Source: Octopus bimaculoides
Taxonomy: Eukaryota
Length of the DNA stretch: 64,000 nt
Direction of reading: 5' to 3'
NCBI RefSeq assembly: GCF_001194135.2
Contig: NC_068988.1
Location: 13,473,459 to 13,537,458, forward strand
Below are positions 25,793-39,255 of the stretch, piece by piece. Position 1 is the stretch's first letter. Each line of letters opens with the position of its first letter. The notes under the pieces are model-generated. The model saw nothing but the letters and a program-made list of their open reading frames with translations. It searched no databases and was not told the origin of the DNA. A program made the position numbers and the translations under genes.

Positions 25793-26018
25793 CCCTTTAG
25801 CCTTTTAGCATTCAGATTATTTTGTCAAATGTAATGCTTATTTATTCATATTGTTTTGAATTAAACATGCATTATTTCACAGCTTTGAGATTTCAATATA
25901 GTTGTTTATTTTTGGAAATGACATTGTAGGTTAGGTGTGAGAGGCAGAATCTAGTTGGTTTGAACATAAAACAGGTAGAATATTTTGGTTGGATATGGCC
26001 AGTTTAAATGCTGAAAGG
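25793..26018. mobile_element. TTAA-flanked piggyBac-like MITE
   Basis: ttaa|ccctttag...tgctgaaagg|ttaa; the internal sequence is the reverse complement of 42960-43156. Confidence 0.75.
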
Positions 26019-29000
26019 TTAATAATGCTTGACATGTTGGATTCAGTGGAAGCTGCCATTTCGAATGTCTGCTGACAACTATATTTATTTATACTAGCAC
26101 TACATTGATCAATATAAGACAATCAAATAAACCAGTCCTTTACTGATATTTTGCTATATTTGATTATACAATTCATGGTAATAGAGCAAAAGAGCTGCTA
26201 CAAGATATAGAGAATAAACCCTATTTAATATCCTGTGAATAACACAAATTGTTTGAAACTATTTATAAATATAACACTTGAACATAACTGTATAACTTAC
26301 AAGTTGAGTTTTATTTTACATAAACATATGATAAAAGGAAAAATTTGGCAACATCACATACCAATAAAGTCCTGCTCTTGAAAACTTATCTTTTACAATT
26401 TGACATTAACTATAGATGCTTTTACCAGATGTTAATATGAAGTACTATTAACTTCAGTAAGATGATGCTTCAGTTCCCAAATGATGTGAGATGATTATCA
26501 TTTTTCCTAAACTTAACGTCCTAGCAACATTATTACATTCATATTTTAGATTACAATGTTTTTATATGAAGTTTTAAGCTTGCAGCAAAAATAAATACAA
26601 TAAACACCTGCATTCATTAAAAGGAAAAGAAATATATGTGATGATTACTTATTGGGCAAGAAAACATAAGTGTTCTGTAATGATTCCAGTTCTGGCACAC
26701 ATACCAAAGAGCTAATGATTAAAAAATATTGATTAGCTACCATTATTAGCGAAACTAATCAGTTTTTCTTTCTGTTAGAATGAATTACCAGAACTTGCCA
26801 TTTATAACCTATTTTATTAGTTAATCCAAAGAAAAAAAAGAAAAGAAATCAATACACACATATAATGGAAAATATTCTTCTTTTTCACTTATTTGAAGTG
26901 CATGTTTATTTTTAAATAAAAAAAAACAGCAACAAAAATATAAAAATAAATATATTGGTATGGTTATGTATAAGATGAGATAGAGGGTGAAAAAAGAATG
27001 TGAATGTGTGCAAGAACTGTGCTAATAAATAAAAGTATTTCATTAAGTTCCTTGAAATATCTATGAAAGCATTTTTGAAAATTGCCTTTTTTTAAAATTA
27101 TTTTTACATCTTTTACCTGTCCAACTAATTCCAGCACTGGAATTGGAAGAGGAGATGGAAATAACTATGATAAAGGTGATCTTTAATCAAAAGGATTCAT
27201 AAAACATTCTGATTAAATGAAATATAAATATATAATAAGCTTCCTGACAATAGGAACTTATACCCAAGTTAATCTGAAAATCAATTTTTAAAACTTATGC
27301 GTATGTGTTTTTGTACACCTTTTTATTTCTATATTTTTGCCTTTTGATGTTATTTGGCAGAAGAAGAAATTTAATCCTGAAATCTTTTCCTCATTATCTT
27401 GACAATTAAAATAGTGACCTTCAACTAATGCAACCAAGTCATTTTTAAGCAACCCAAATTTAACCTTCTTACAATCTGTATTCTTAACAAATAAGCTTTT
27501 TAGGTTTTATTTCATTTAACTAATAAAGAAAATGTAAATTGAATGATATACAACATTGTTGTGTAGATTAAATGGAGTAAAATGTGAGAACCTAGTGAGA
27601 ATTGAACCCACAATATGTCTGTGGACACCTTGATGTAATTACTACTTCCATGTGTAGCAGTCTTATATGTTTATGATCAGTCTAAAAATACTTTTTGAAT
27701 CCTTATGAAAGCATATTTTTGCATACCCTTTTTATTATTTTTAACTCAGGCTTTCAGTAAAATATTTAGTAACTGAATCTTGATCTTGGCTCAGCAATAG
27801 CAAAAAAACAGAAGCAAAACAAAATGGGATATGAAAATATATATATGTGAATGGGTTAAAAAAAAAAAAAATCAGGGTTGATCTGCAGGTAAACAACAAT
27901 AGCATTAGCAGCTCCTCAGTCTATTTTCTTCCAAGAATCCTTCTAAATTCATATCTCTGATGTTTTTTCCATGTTTTTCTATCCATTTTCTCTCTCTCTC
28001 TCTCTCTCTCTCAAAAGTTTATAAACTCCATCTTACATAGCTGATATCATTTTAATTTTTTTAAATTATCATTTATTGTAGATACATTGATTTACATACA
28101 CATTTACAATTATGCTCTTTGCATAAATACAAATTTACAAGTAACCCACATTTCTATTTATCCTCTCAGTATTGTGCCAATCCGTGAGCCCCAAAGTGGT
28201 CATTCAATGTGATAAAAATCCTCTTTGAATCAGCTTATGTATACACACCCCATTTGCATTGTTTTGTTAATCTTCTGAGGGATGCAGGTGATGCAAATAA
28301 AAAGATAATGTAAAGACCTCATAAAATTTGATACTTAAAAGATGTTTAATGAATTGAAAACAAGTCTTCACAAATACATTCTTGAAAAAAAAAAAAAAAA
28401 AGAATCATAAAGGTACTTGATATGAAGAGGTCAAACCTTGATATGAAGAGGTCAAGTTGCATATCTAAAGACTTTTGATCCAATCCCAGAATTTATTGGA
28501 AACACTTTCCCATTTTTAATAAAACAGATGATTTAAATGTTTAAAATCTTAACAACTGTCTGAGCTTAAATTGGCTTTTATTAATTTTAATAATATTAGT
28601 GACGTTATCAGAATATCTCTTAGTCAGTTAACCTTTTGTGTAGCAAGGTGTATAAATAACAAGCAAAAAGCACTCATGGAAATTTTAAAATTTGAAGAAC
28701 AGCAATAGACCAACTGAGAGCAAATCAGTCCCTTAGGTACTGAAGATATAAATATTTATATCTCCACTGAAAGTTGCATCTTATCAATGCAATATTGAAT
28801 ATATGTCAAGATTTGATCTGATTTAAGATGCTACTTGGAGTTATTTCCAAAAGTGGCTTCACAACAACATCCTATTTCTCAAGCTATCTGTTTTGATATG
28901 TCCGCTATAGCATTGTATCAATAAAAGATTTCCACTCATTTCTTCTTTCTTGCGAGGCTGCAAACCAGAGATAATGATAACTAAGGTTCTCAAACGAGTA

Positions 29001-30223
29001 GAATTTGTATGTTTCAAATCAATACTTTCCAGATAATAAAATAAAAAAAAAATAAAAAAAACCAGTTAAAGCAATTAAAAGAAATGTAATTATGTCTATG
29101 TATGATAACAAAAATTAATTGATGAATTGAAGCACTTAAAATATATAATTTTCTACAAATCCTTTTTAGATTTGTAGTGTTTTCACTTGGATTTTACATT
29201 GCTTCTGTAGCCATTCTATCGGCAAAGGCTTCTTGAGGTCGATTACTTTTTAGTATGTTGATATAAATGACCTTTCTTTTTGCATCATTTGATTTCAATG
29301 TCATTTTCTTTAACAAGAATTTTATAGCTCACAAAATTGCTTACTGAAAGTCAATCTCTATATTTCATTGATTCAGTTCTTATTCAATCTAGCTTTCAAT
29401 AACAGTTTCTTTTATTGTTTTATTGCTGTTTTCTCAACTTGAGTTTTTTGTAAAAATAAAAACAGACATGCCATACCAGCTTTTTTCTTCATCCTTATAC
29501 CTAGTAATAACCTCATGAAATTCTTTATGCAAATGTAGTTTATTTTTCTGCAGCTAGATCTAGAGATAATCAAACAGGCTTCAGTATATCCTGAAAAGCT
29601 ATCAGAAGATGGATATTTTACTTCTATAATACTTATCAGTGGTTGGAAATATAGTATTAGATGACATACATCTTGATCTTTCTTTACCTAGAATGATTCT
29701 ATGTGATTTGAGATATATCAGCCTCAACCAATCCTGCTAATACCTCAGAAGATCAAACATAAAAATAGAAAGCTTATAATTCATAAGGAGAAATGAGTGA
29801 TTAGAGGAACATTTTCGAGAATTACTGGACCGATGAATGTCTCGGAGCTCCCAAATATCTAACTAACAAAATCAGATTTACTCTAAACTATAAACATGGT
29901 GATCAGCTTAGCAAGGAAGAAATTTAAAAAAAACCCAAAAACCCAGAGCTGTAGATTCAGCAACATATTAACTAGAACTACTCAATATAAACCAATACTG
30001 AAATAGTGGAAACGTTTTATCAATTCTTTCCAAAAATGAAAGTTGTATTAAAAGAGACAATACTGCATAAATCAAAATGGCTTGAAATGTTTTAGTTTCC
30101 ATGATGGTATGGCTTGGGTATTTTTGCAAATTCTGATACTTGCAGTGAGCTAACCATCTCAAAGCTAATCAACCACAATTGATGATGGTTTTTTTATTTA
30201 GTTAAAAAAAAAGAAATTCAAAT

Positions 30224-30600
30224 GCACATGGCTCTGTGGTAAAGAAGTTCACTTTGCAACCACATGTTTTCAGGTTCAGTCCCATTGGGCATCTCCTACT
30301 ATAGTCCTGGGCCAACCGAAGCCTTGAGAGTGGATTTTGTAGATGGAAATTGTGTGGAAGCCCATCATATATGTATATGTATGTCTTTGTACCTCTGTAC
30401 ACTCCCACTGATTGACAACCAGTGTTGGTTTATTTATGTCTCTGTAACTTAGAGGTTCAACAAAGGAGATAGCTAGAAGATGTACCAGACCTAAAAAGTA
30501 AGTACTGAAGTTGATTTGTTTCACTAAAACTCTTCAAAATGGTGCCCCAACATGGCTGCAGTCCAATGATGACTAAAACAGAGGAAAAGACAAAAGATTT
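30224..30600 (+). mobile_element. Family A SINE (tail type 1)
   Basis: catggctctgtggtaaagaagttcac...ggttcagtccc...ggtgccccaacatggctgcagtccaatgatgactaaaac. Confidence 0.85.
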
Positions 30601-31410
30601 AAAGCTGAGATGGCTGAACATCTTAGATAATGGTTGATCTTCGTGAAAAAGTACCAAGGCATTTAAATCTCTACCTTAATTTTATCTACTACAGATCCAC
30701 ATATCAGATCAGCTCTCATATTCGTGCAATTATGAATTTAGAATTTTCAATGAATGGACAGACCCCTGGAATAATTAACTGGAGAATACTAAATTTATAG
30801 AGTATGTATTCTTTTATTATTAACTGTAAATTCTGCTGATTAATAATAAACAAATATATAAACTCATGTTTTGAGTTCTACTTTTTCTGATTGTATCACC
30901 AAACCTAGAATGATATGTAAATATTTTAAAACCATATCATGATATGTATGACAAAATAAAAGTTGACTTACATTCAGCAAAATGTTACTTTCAATACACA
31001 AATGAAAATATAAGCAAACCTGTTAAACTATAAAATAAAACACACACACACCTGGCCTGATTAGAAGAAAGAACATGGAAAGACTTAATATAGGTGACAA
31101 GAAAGACACACTGATAACCTGATAATATAATTCGGTGGGTGTGAGCTAACGACATTATAATGGAAGCAATCCAGAACAAGATCTTTCGAACTCGGTAAAT
31201 ATTTATTTTAACCTCAATTCCAACTAGACTAATTGCATTGTTAATAACTCACCTTTCATAATTCTCATCACATTAACTGAATGATTTTAAATATCATTTC
31301 ATAACTTTACACCAATTTGTGTTTAGTTCATTAAGAGAGGAAACACATTTTCTTACATATTGGAGATAAGAACAAAATTGCTTCTATCAGGTTTATTTAT
31401 GTATGAATAT

Positions 31411-31565
31411 CATCATCATTTAACATCCATGTTCCCTTCTGGTATGGGTTGGATGGTTTTGATAGGATCTGATGGGTCCAAGGTGCATTGTGTTCCAGTC
31501 TCTACTTTAGTATGATTTCTACAGCTGGATGACCTTTCTAATGCCAACCACTATACAGTGTGTAC
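31411..31565 (-). mobile_element. RTE-type 3' tail (older copy)
   Basis: catcatcatttaacatccatgttccc...acagctggatgacctttctaatgccaaccact. Confidence 0.75.
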
Positions 31566-31569
31566 TGGC

Positions 31570-31845
31570 TCCTGTGCTGGTGGCATGTAAAATACACCAT
31601 TTTGAGCGTGGCCGTTGCCAGTACCGCCTGACTGGCCATCATGCTGGTGGCACATAAAAGCACCCACTACACTCTCGGAATGGTTGGCGTAAGGAAGGGC
31701 ATCCAGCTGTAAAAACCTGCCAAATCAGATTGGAGCCTGGTGTAGCCATTTGGTTCACCAGTCCTCAGTCAAATTGTCCAACCCATGCTAGCATGGAAAG
31801 CAGACGTTAAACGATGATGATGATGATGATGATGATGACGATGAT
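31570..31845 (+). mobile_element. RTE-type 3' UTR with (GAT)n tail (younger, retains CpG)
   Basis: ggtggcacataaaagcacccactacactctcggaatggttggcgtaaggaagggcatccagctg...gcatggaaagcagacgttaaacgatgatgat. Confidence 0.85.
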
Positions 31846-34404
31846 GAAAGGCAGTGTATTTCAACAGAAATATGGTAACAAAAGGGTTAAACAAAAGTTT
31901 AAATACATTGGATAATGTGGTTAAATACATTGGATATATTGTGGCAACAAAGTCACACTCAGAATGCATTTTAATTATAGGTCTGTTTGATCACAGTTAA
32001 TCTGGAGCTAAATGACAATATTTGAAATAAATAACACAGAGAGGTTACATTTTTAAGTGTTAGAGTTGTCATCATTCAGAGATTTATTTTTATCAAAACG
32101 TAATATTTAGAATACAGAGTTGTCATTTAGAAGTTATACGTGCCACTTATCTTTAATTTATTATCCTAAGAGACAATTCTACAAAATAGTTTTAATGTTT
32201 TGATAAAAATGAGAGAACTAATGTCTCAGTTCTGAGCATTGTGTTTTTGATAGCAAAGGGTGAGAAGAAAAGAGGAAGAGTAGGCTATATTTATAAATAT
32301 CACACACATTTGTATTGATAGCAACTGTTAAGTTGCTTTTCAACAACTAAATCCAATGCATCCACGCATATTTCTTTATGCAACACAACATTTCATAAAA
32401 GAAACATCTCTTCCTTACTACTAGTGAATATTTCAATGTATCTGATTTCTTTGCTGTCTGTGAGATATTTATTTTCCACGCTTTACCCACCAGATACTGC
32501 AAATTTTGATTCATAAAAAAAAAAATAAATAAAAAAGATATTCACAAAGATATTTAGTAACCTATGAAATTTTGAATATTTTATTTGTAAATCTACCTTT
32601 TGCTAAAATATGCATTGATATAGTGAATTTAAAATATTTTATTTATTATATTATGGAGATAAAAATGATGGTATTTATGACATTACAGTTTTCTCTATAC
32701 TAGTTCTGATGATAATGAGAACTTGACAGTGAAATTAATTTTCTATTTACATTAGTTTAAATTAACAAATGAGGGCAAACAAGAAACATAGACTTGAAGA
32801 AAGTATCAAATGATTTCAAGTTCTTGGAAAGAATGATTCTCCAGTGAAGGGCATGTTTGGATTTTACATATGATTATCAGTTGTTCTTTCAGAAGTGAAA
32901 ATATAAGTCATTGTAATGTAGTCTCAGCTAGGTGAAGAATAGAGGATGCCTATAAAAGATTATGAAACACGATTTGGATTGAGAACATATGAGGAATATT
33001 ATAGTGTGAACAGCATTCGGTTTCATTAAGATACATTTTGGTGCACTTGCAAGAGATTTAACAAACCACTATTTAAGTGGGATGTGCAGTCCTTGTTGCA
33101 GTAGGCATTAGATGTATATATACAGAAAGCTGGAAGAATCAGATTTTTATACAACTATCTCAGTAATTTTTACATTCTTTGGTTGGTGTAATCCATAGCA
33201 TTTTCAGAGAATTTAGTCAGTGTGTCTTTATTTTAAAAAAATTATTTTTCAAGCAAATTTTTAAAAAGAATCTCTTCATTACAGAAAAATAGCAAAATGA
33301 TCTATGGAAAAATAAAAAAAATAAAGAAAAAATAAAGAAAAATGATTTCTTCTGTAAAGTGAATACAAACCTAATACTGAAATTATTTTATTGATCTTAG
33401 CAAGGGCTGAAAAATTTCTTATCAAAATGCCATAGGAAATCTTCATTTTTAAAAAATATTAAAGTCAAGTGGTATTTTAAATGAGCTGTTAAAAAGTTTT
33501 ACTTGTTCATATGTTATGAGGAAAAACAGATAGCTTACAAGATATTATCATAATAACTAAAATTTTTGGAATCCATTTTATAAGGTGAGCCTTACAGAAA
33601 ATTGATTTTCTATTTCAGGAATACAATGGTAACCACAATTTAGATTACAGATGGAAATAAAAGAAAAGGAAAACTGTTTTCAATTGAATTCCATTTTGGT
33701 CAGTCTACAAAATTTCTTTACATGTAGAGAATGAAAAATTCAGGTCAGATAAAAAGCAGCTGGTTTATATTGAGGTATTGAAATATGTTTCTAGCATATT
33801 AAGTAATATAATTATAAATTTTATATTTAAAAAAGTAAAAAAAAAAACAAACAAACACAAATTCCTTTTGTAAGTATTATTGTATACAATCTCTATTTTT
33901 TAACTCTTTATGGGATCAAATATATTCATACCTCAAACACTCCTGTTCTAAATTCATTTTGCTCCATTATCAACATAGATACACAAATAAGAAACATGAA
34001 CAAAAGTGACCTAATATAGAAAGAAAAATACACAAGCAAAAACAACAAAAACAGATCTAAATTTTCTTATGAATAAAATATGCAACTCTAAATGATAATA
34101 GTTTTAGTTCATTTACCCCTAGATTAAAAAAAAAATTGTATTGCCTTAAAACTTGATTTAAAAAAGAAACTAAATTTTTGTTACAATCAAATTATTTATA
34201 ATTAGAATGCAAAACAAGTGAAATGTTTATAACAAAAATTTAATAATGAAAGCTTCTCATAAGATTATCTTGAATACATTGCAATCCTTTTAATCGTACT
34301 AGCTAAAAATAATTTCTTTGACAATCTTATTTTTATAATCTTTGAGAAATTTTACAATTTGTTAGACAGAATAGGCAACAATGTCATTATATTGACATAT
34401 TTTT

Positions 34405-34560
34405 ACCAATCAGGCTTCAAATCCTGCTAGATCATCTTTGCCTTTCATTGTTTTGGAGTTGATAGAATAAAGTATCAGTTAAGTATCAGAGCTGTTGGTA
34501 CTGGCTATTCCACTTCCCGCAAAATGCTGACCTTGTGCTTAAATTAGAAACCATTGTAAG
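34405..34560 (+). mobile_element. Partial family B SINE
   Basis: ttcaaatcctgctagatcatctttgcctttcatt...ctgaccttgtgcttaaattagaaacc. Confidence 0.6.
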
Positions 34561-34689
34561 TCAGGATTAAGAAAGCTGTCTTATATAAAGATGATTTTGT
34601 AAAATATCTTTCTAGCAATATCACAAAGGATGATATGGACTAAGATGGAACACTTTGGTTAAAATCTGCTTGGGCTGTGTATGCCAGGG

Positions 34690-34691
34690 AG

Positions 34692-34728
<37 letters not shown>

Positions 34729-34806
34729 GGATGGGCTCCTACATGAACTGAACTCAAAGCTATTTGATTACAAAGTGGGCTTCTTAACTACACAGCCATG
34801 CCTGCA
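34690..34806 (-). mobile_element. Internally deleted family A SINE
   Basis: (CA)n tatataggatgggct...gaactgaactc...cttcttaactacacagccatgcctgcac. Confidence 0.7.
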
Positions 34807-36329
34807 CTTATATAAAATGTTTTCCTTTGAACAATTAAAAAAAATTGTTTTCTTTCAGCAATGTTTTACTGTTCAGATACCAGCCCTTCTGCTAATTCCA
34901 GGATATTTCAAGGACCGTATATTGATGTGTCTGGTTATATTCTGCTGCTTATAAAGAAATTATTTAATTAGAAAGTGATGACCTTTCATTAGGAACTTAT
35001 GCCACTAATTGTGATTAGGAAGTTGTGTCTCTAGAGGTTAATTCTGTGAAATTTTTTTTATCTCATGAACACAGAGCTTCTTTTTCTGATAGATACAGTT
35101 TTTCTGCTGATTTTATTTTTACTAGAGAGAGAGATTGTGATATATATATATATATTAGTTAATGAAATGTCTAATTCTTAGAAGATTACAAATGTTTATG
35201 TCCATTAGTGGGAGCCATAAAACCTAAGATAGATAGAGATGTTGCACAATCTAATTATACAAATATAGTTGTGTGCAAACTTTTGAAAACATAGTTAGCA
35301 CACAACTCTTTAAAAAAGTCGAAGTGGAAGGACATAATCAAGATGAAGGAATAAAAATTGAAATAAATAAAAATAAACAAAAATATATAACATCTTTGCT
35401 TTAATTAAAACAAAATTGAAAGAAAAAACTATATGATCATAATTTTAAATTAGAAAATGTCATATGCTTTCTATTTTTTCCTCTTTTTGACCAGAATGTA
35501 TTTGGGCCTAGTGATTTTTAAGTCACCTCATGAAAACCCCTTAAAACCAACACAGACAAAACTTTATAAAAAGTCCAGATTTCTGTCTCGTTTTCTCTTA
35601 AGGATTGGAAAAATATATATAATTTTAAACATACTTTTAGTTATTTATAAAAATGAAAACATTATTGAACAAGTGTGACACAGTATAGGATCACAATATT
35701 TAGCTTAAAAACAAACTGAATAACAAAACAGCTGCTAATCATTTACAAAACACAAACAAATAGACATTGCAATGTAAAAACTGATCACACACTTGAGATG
35801 ACAAAGTCAAAACATTCTTCCAGATGCTAAACTATTACCAGAAAAGAAGAAAAATGAAATAAAAAAGTAAAAAAAAAAAGAAAACCTCTGGCCACTTCTT
35901 AACCAGAATTACATATAAAGCCACTCTGATCATCAGTCGTCATTGACAAATAACCTCTTCTTCCATTGCTTTCAGGCAAATTTCTCATGTTATTCATGAT
36001 ATTCCAGAGTCTGAACATTTTGATAATTAACCAGAAGTATCTAAAAAAAAAATTTTTGCAGTCCCAAAGAAAAAACAAAACAGAACAAAACTAGTGTTTT
36101 TATAAAGTTTTGTGTATATTGGCTGGGTTTATAGAGTTTCCATGAGAGAATGTTAAAAGTTAGGAGACCAAGTAGATTTTGGTAAAAAAATCAAAAAAAA
36201 TCAAAATTAAAATTATGGTCATGTAATGTTTTTTTTTAATTAATATAAGGTTTCTATTTTAGGCTTTTATAGCTCTCATTAATGTAAGTAAACATTTGTA
36301 AGAATTGAACATTCCACTTATGTATAGAT

Positions 36330-37012
36330 CATCATCATTATTTAATGCCCACTTGTCCATGCTTGTATAGTTCAGATGGAATTTGTTGAGGCTACTTTTC
36401 TATGGCTGGATTCACTTCCTGTTGCCAAGCCAGATAACATTTCCCCATGGTCAGAGATATTTTCCATGAAAGAATGGGAATGAACAATCTCATTTGTATG
36501 ACGATGATGCTAATTCACAACCATCACATGATATCCAGACAAGGGTGCACACACACACACACACTCATATCTATAGACAGACATACACACACACACATTT
36601 ACAGACAGACACACACATATATACATAGACAGGCACACACATACACACATTTATAGACAGACACACACACATCTATAGACAGACATACACACACACATAC
36701 ACATTTATAAACAGACACACACACACATATCTATAGACAGATACACACACACATATCTATATACAGATACACACACACACATCTATAGACAGATACACAC
36801 ACACACATATCTATAGATAGATATACACACACACACACATGTATCTATACACACACACCACAAGCTTCTTCCAGTTTCTCTCTACCAAAACTACTCACAA
36901 GGCTTTGGTCAGCCTGGGGTTATAGTGGAAAACACTTGCCCAAGATATCACGCAAGGAGATTGAACCAGGGACCACATGGTTGAGAAGTAAGCTCTTCAA
37001 CTACAGGCACGC
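36330..37012 (-). mobile_element. Family A SINE (RTE tail) with an expanded central compound repeat
   Basis: Tail catcatcattatttaatgccc, head actcacaaggctttggtcagcc...cacttgcccaag...gaaccagggaccacatgg, with about 310 bp of CA/TAGA repeats between them. Confidence 0.85.
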
Positions 37013-38674
37013 ACACATATTAGTTTAGTCTCTCTCTCAATCAAATATTAAAAATGGTGCCTATTAGAAAGAAACCTTATGTTCAAGAGTTAAAGAAAGA
37101 CTCACAAATTTAGTCTCTAGTGACACAAGTTTGCTGTCCGCAGAACTTATCCACACCATTCTGGAATTTACAATAGGGTTTGTGCATAAAAAAAAAAACT
37201 CACCTGTGAAGAGAAAACACAGCATTGCTTAGAGAAAACAATGGAGAGCAGATCAATTGGTCAGGAAGTGAGTCTGGCTAATACATTATCAATTCAGATA
37301 TGGTTTTTATTAGGAGCCCACACACCTGTCATATAGAACAGCAACTAGTCCAACCATTATACATACATATAAGCCTACTGGTACACAAATGTGTGTGTGT
37401 GTGTGTGTGTGTGTAAGTAACTCAGCAACAAATATGCAGAACACTAGGGTTCTTTATCTCAGTGATATTTACCTTTGAGTTTATTTGTAATGCTCGTGTT
37501 ATATAGTATAATATTTATGACATACATTATTTCTGTATACCATTTGCTTGATGTTGTAATTGAAGCCTTATTTCATATTTACTTTATAATAGTTGGTATG
37601 GATAGTCACAGTTAGATTGATTTATTGACAAGTAAATGACATAAATTAAACAATGTTATCTTAGAGTTTTCTTTATTATGGAAAGAATCCATAATTCTCT
37701 GCAATTTCTATAATGATGTTACATTTTCTCAAAATACTAATTTATGCCATCCTTTTATAAACCTATTGAAACAGCAGCTTAACCCTTATAACTATCCCTT
37801 TCATTTTTGACTCCCACAAAGAAAGATCAAATAGATATGAGTTTATCAATATTAACAGAGTAAATAGAGCTCGAAAAATATGGAGAAAATAGAGAAATTA
37901 TGCATAACAAATATTTAGTAATTAAAAATTGCTTTTTTTCTCCGTGTCTCTATTGAAGCTCATGATTTGTGACAACATTGGAGAGGTGGAAAGGATTAGA
38001 GTTTAGAATTAACAACATGGCACCAGTTTCTGCCAGGTAGATATTTAAGCAAAGTAAAAATAGAAGGAGGGAAAATCTATACAGAGAACATATTTCAACT
38101 TAAGAGAATGAAATGAGGGAAAATTATTTTGTGTGTGTGTATGTGTGTTCAGACACACACAAACGAAATGTGTACATCTGTAATTTATCAGTTCCTTGTA
38201 AATGATTAGAGTGGCAGGAGTTAGAATTTGCTATGGCTCTTAAAAGTTTGTAGAATCTGACTTAACTATCTTGCTATCAGAGAAGTTATCACGATTAAAA
38301 GGAAGGCAATTTAAATTCTTTGCAGATTTATATATATGTTTAGTATATAAATGAAGCTTCAGTATCTAACTTAAAATAGGCTTTTAGCATAAAATGAAAC
38401 AAAACTTAGTAATATAAGACAAGACAAGTTCATCTTAGTTGTTATGAGTGCTTGTTTATAAGTTGAATATCGACTGCAATGAAAAAAATGATAACACTAC
38501 TATTTTGTTTTAACTGAATTAAGAGGTGTCAGGTAAACATTTACTCGTTATTCCATTTACTCACACACAGACCACAAAAGGATAGAAGTTTTTCTTATAT
38601 AGAAATCAAGTTGTTAATTTTAATGAGAAAACATGTTCAAGACATTTTACACAAACCTGTAGGATTATTCTTTG

Positions 38675-38860
38675 TTTCTGGTACAAGGCCAGCAAGTTTG
38701 AAAGAGGGGGTAAGTTGATTATATTGACCCCAGTGCTCAACTGGTACTTATTTTAATGACTCTGAAAGGGTGAAAGGCAAAGCTGACCTCAGTGAGATTT
38801 GAACTTAGAATGTAAAGACATTTTACTTGGCAGGCTAACGATTCTGCCAGCTTGCTACCT
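38675..38860 (-). mobile_element. Family B SINE
   Basis: ggtacaaggccagcaag...ttgaccccagtgctcaactggtacttatt...gaaaggcaaagctgacctcagtgagatttgaac. Confidence 0.85.
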
Positions 38861-38869
38861 TATAACAAT

Positions 38870-39255
38870 TACAACAGGAACCTGTGGAAGGGGTAACCCC
38901 AGGAAGATGTGGGACAAAGTGGTGAGAAAGGATCTTCAGACACTGGGCCTCACTGAGGAAATGGCAGGGGACTGGGAACTGTGGTGATTTGCTGTACTTG
39001 AGAAGATGTGTCAAGCTAAGTAAAATCGCAGTCATCCGTACACACAGGCATGTTCTTTGTGAGTGCTGGTGCCACATAAAAAGTACCCAACATACTCTGT
39101 AAAGTGGTTGGCATTAAGAAGGGCATCCAGCCATAAAAACCATGCCAAAACAATCAATTGAAGTATAGACAGCTCCTCAGCTGGCCAGTTCCTGTCAAAC
39201 CATCCAACCCATGCCAGCATAGAAAGCAGATGTTAAACAATAATGATAATGATAA
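38870..39255 (+). mobile_element. RTE LINE 3' end (ORF end, 3' UTR and tail)
   Basis: GTCGRGNPRKMWDKVVRKDLQTLGLTEEM...W, then the 3' UTR ending gatgttaaacaataatgataatgat. Confidence 0.85.

Noticed and set aside
28416-28455. Tandem 19-bp duplication cttgatatgaagaggtcaa
   Set aside because: Two copies only; an ordinary slippage duplication, not a CRISPR-like or functional array.
28560-29600. Possible decayed LINE RT (also 46480-46700, 52900-53260, 14000-15300)
   Set aside because: Coding-like composition, but motifs are too eroded to support a call by eye.
31133-31200. CpG cluster with ATG...CG|gtaaat (MEAIQNKIFRT) as a plus-strand first exon
   Set aside because: Only 35 nt, no recognisable peptide, and no downstream plus-strand exons found.
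32955-33040. Short frame MPIKDYETRFGLRTYEEYY
   Set aside because: 27 codons, no splice support and no convincing family match.
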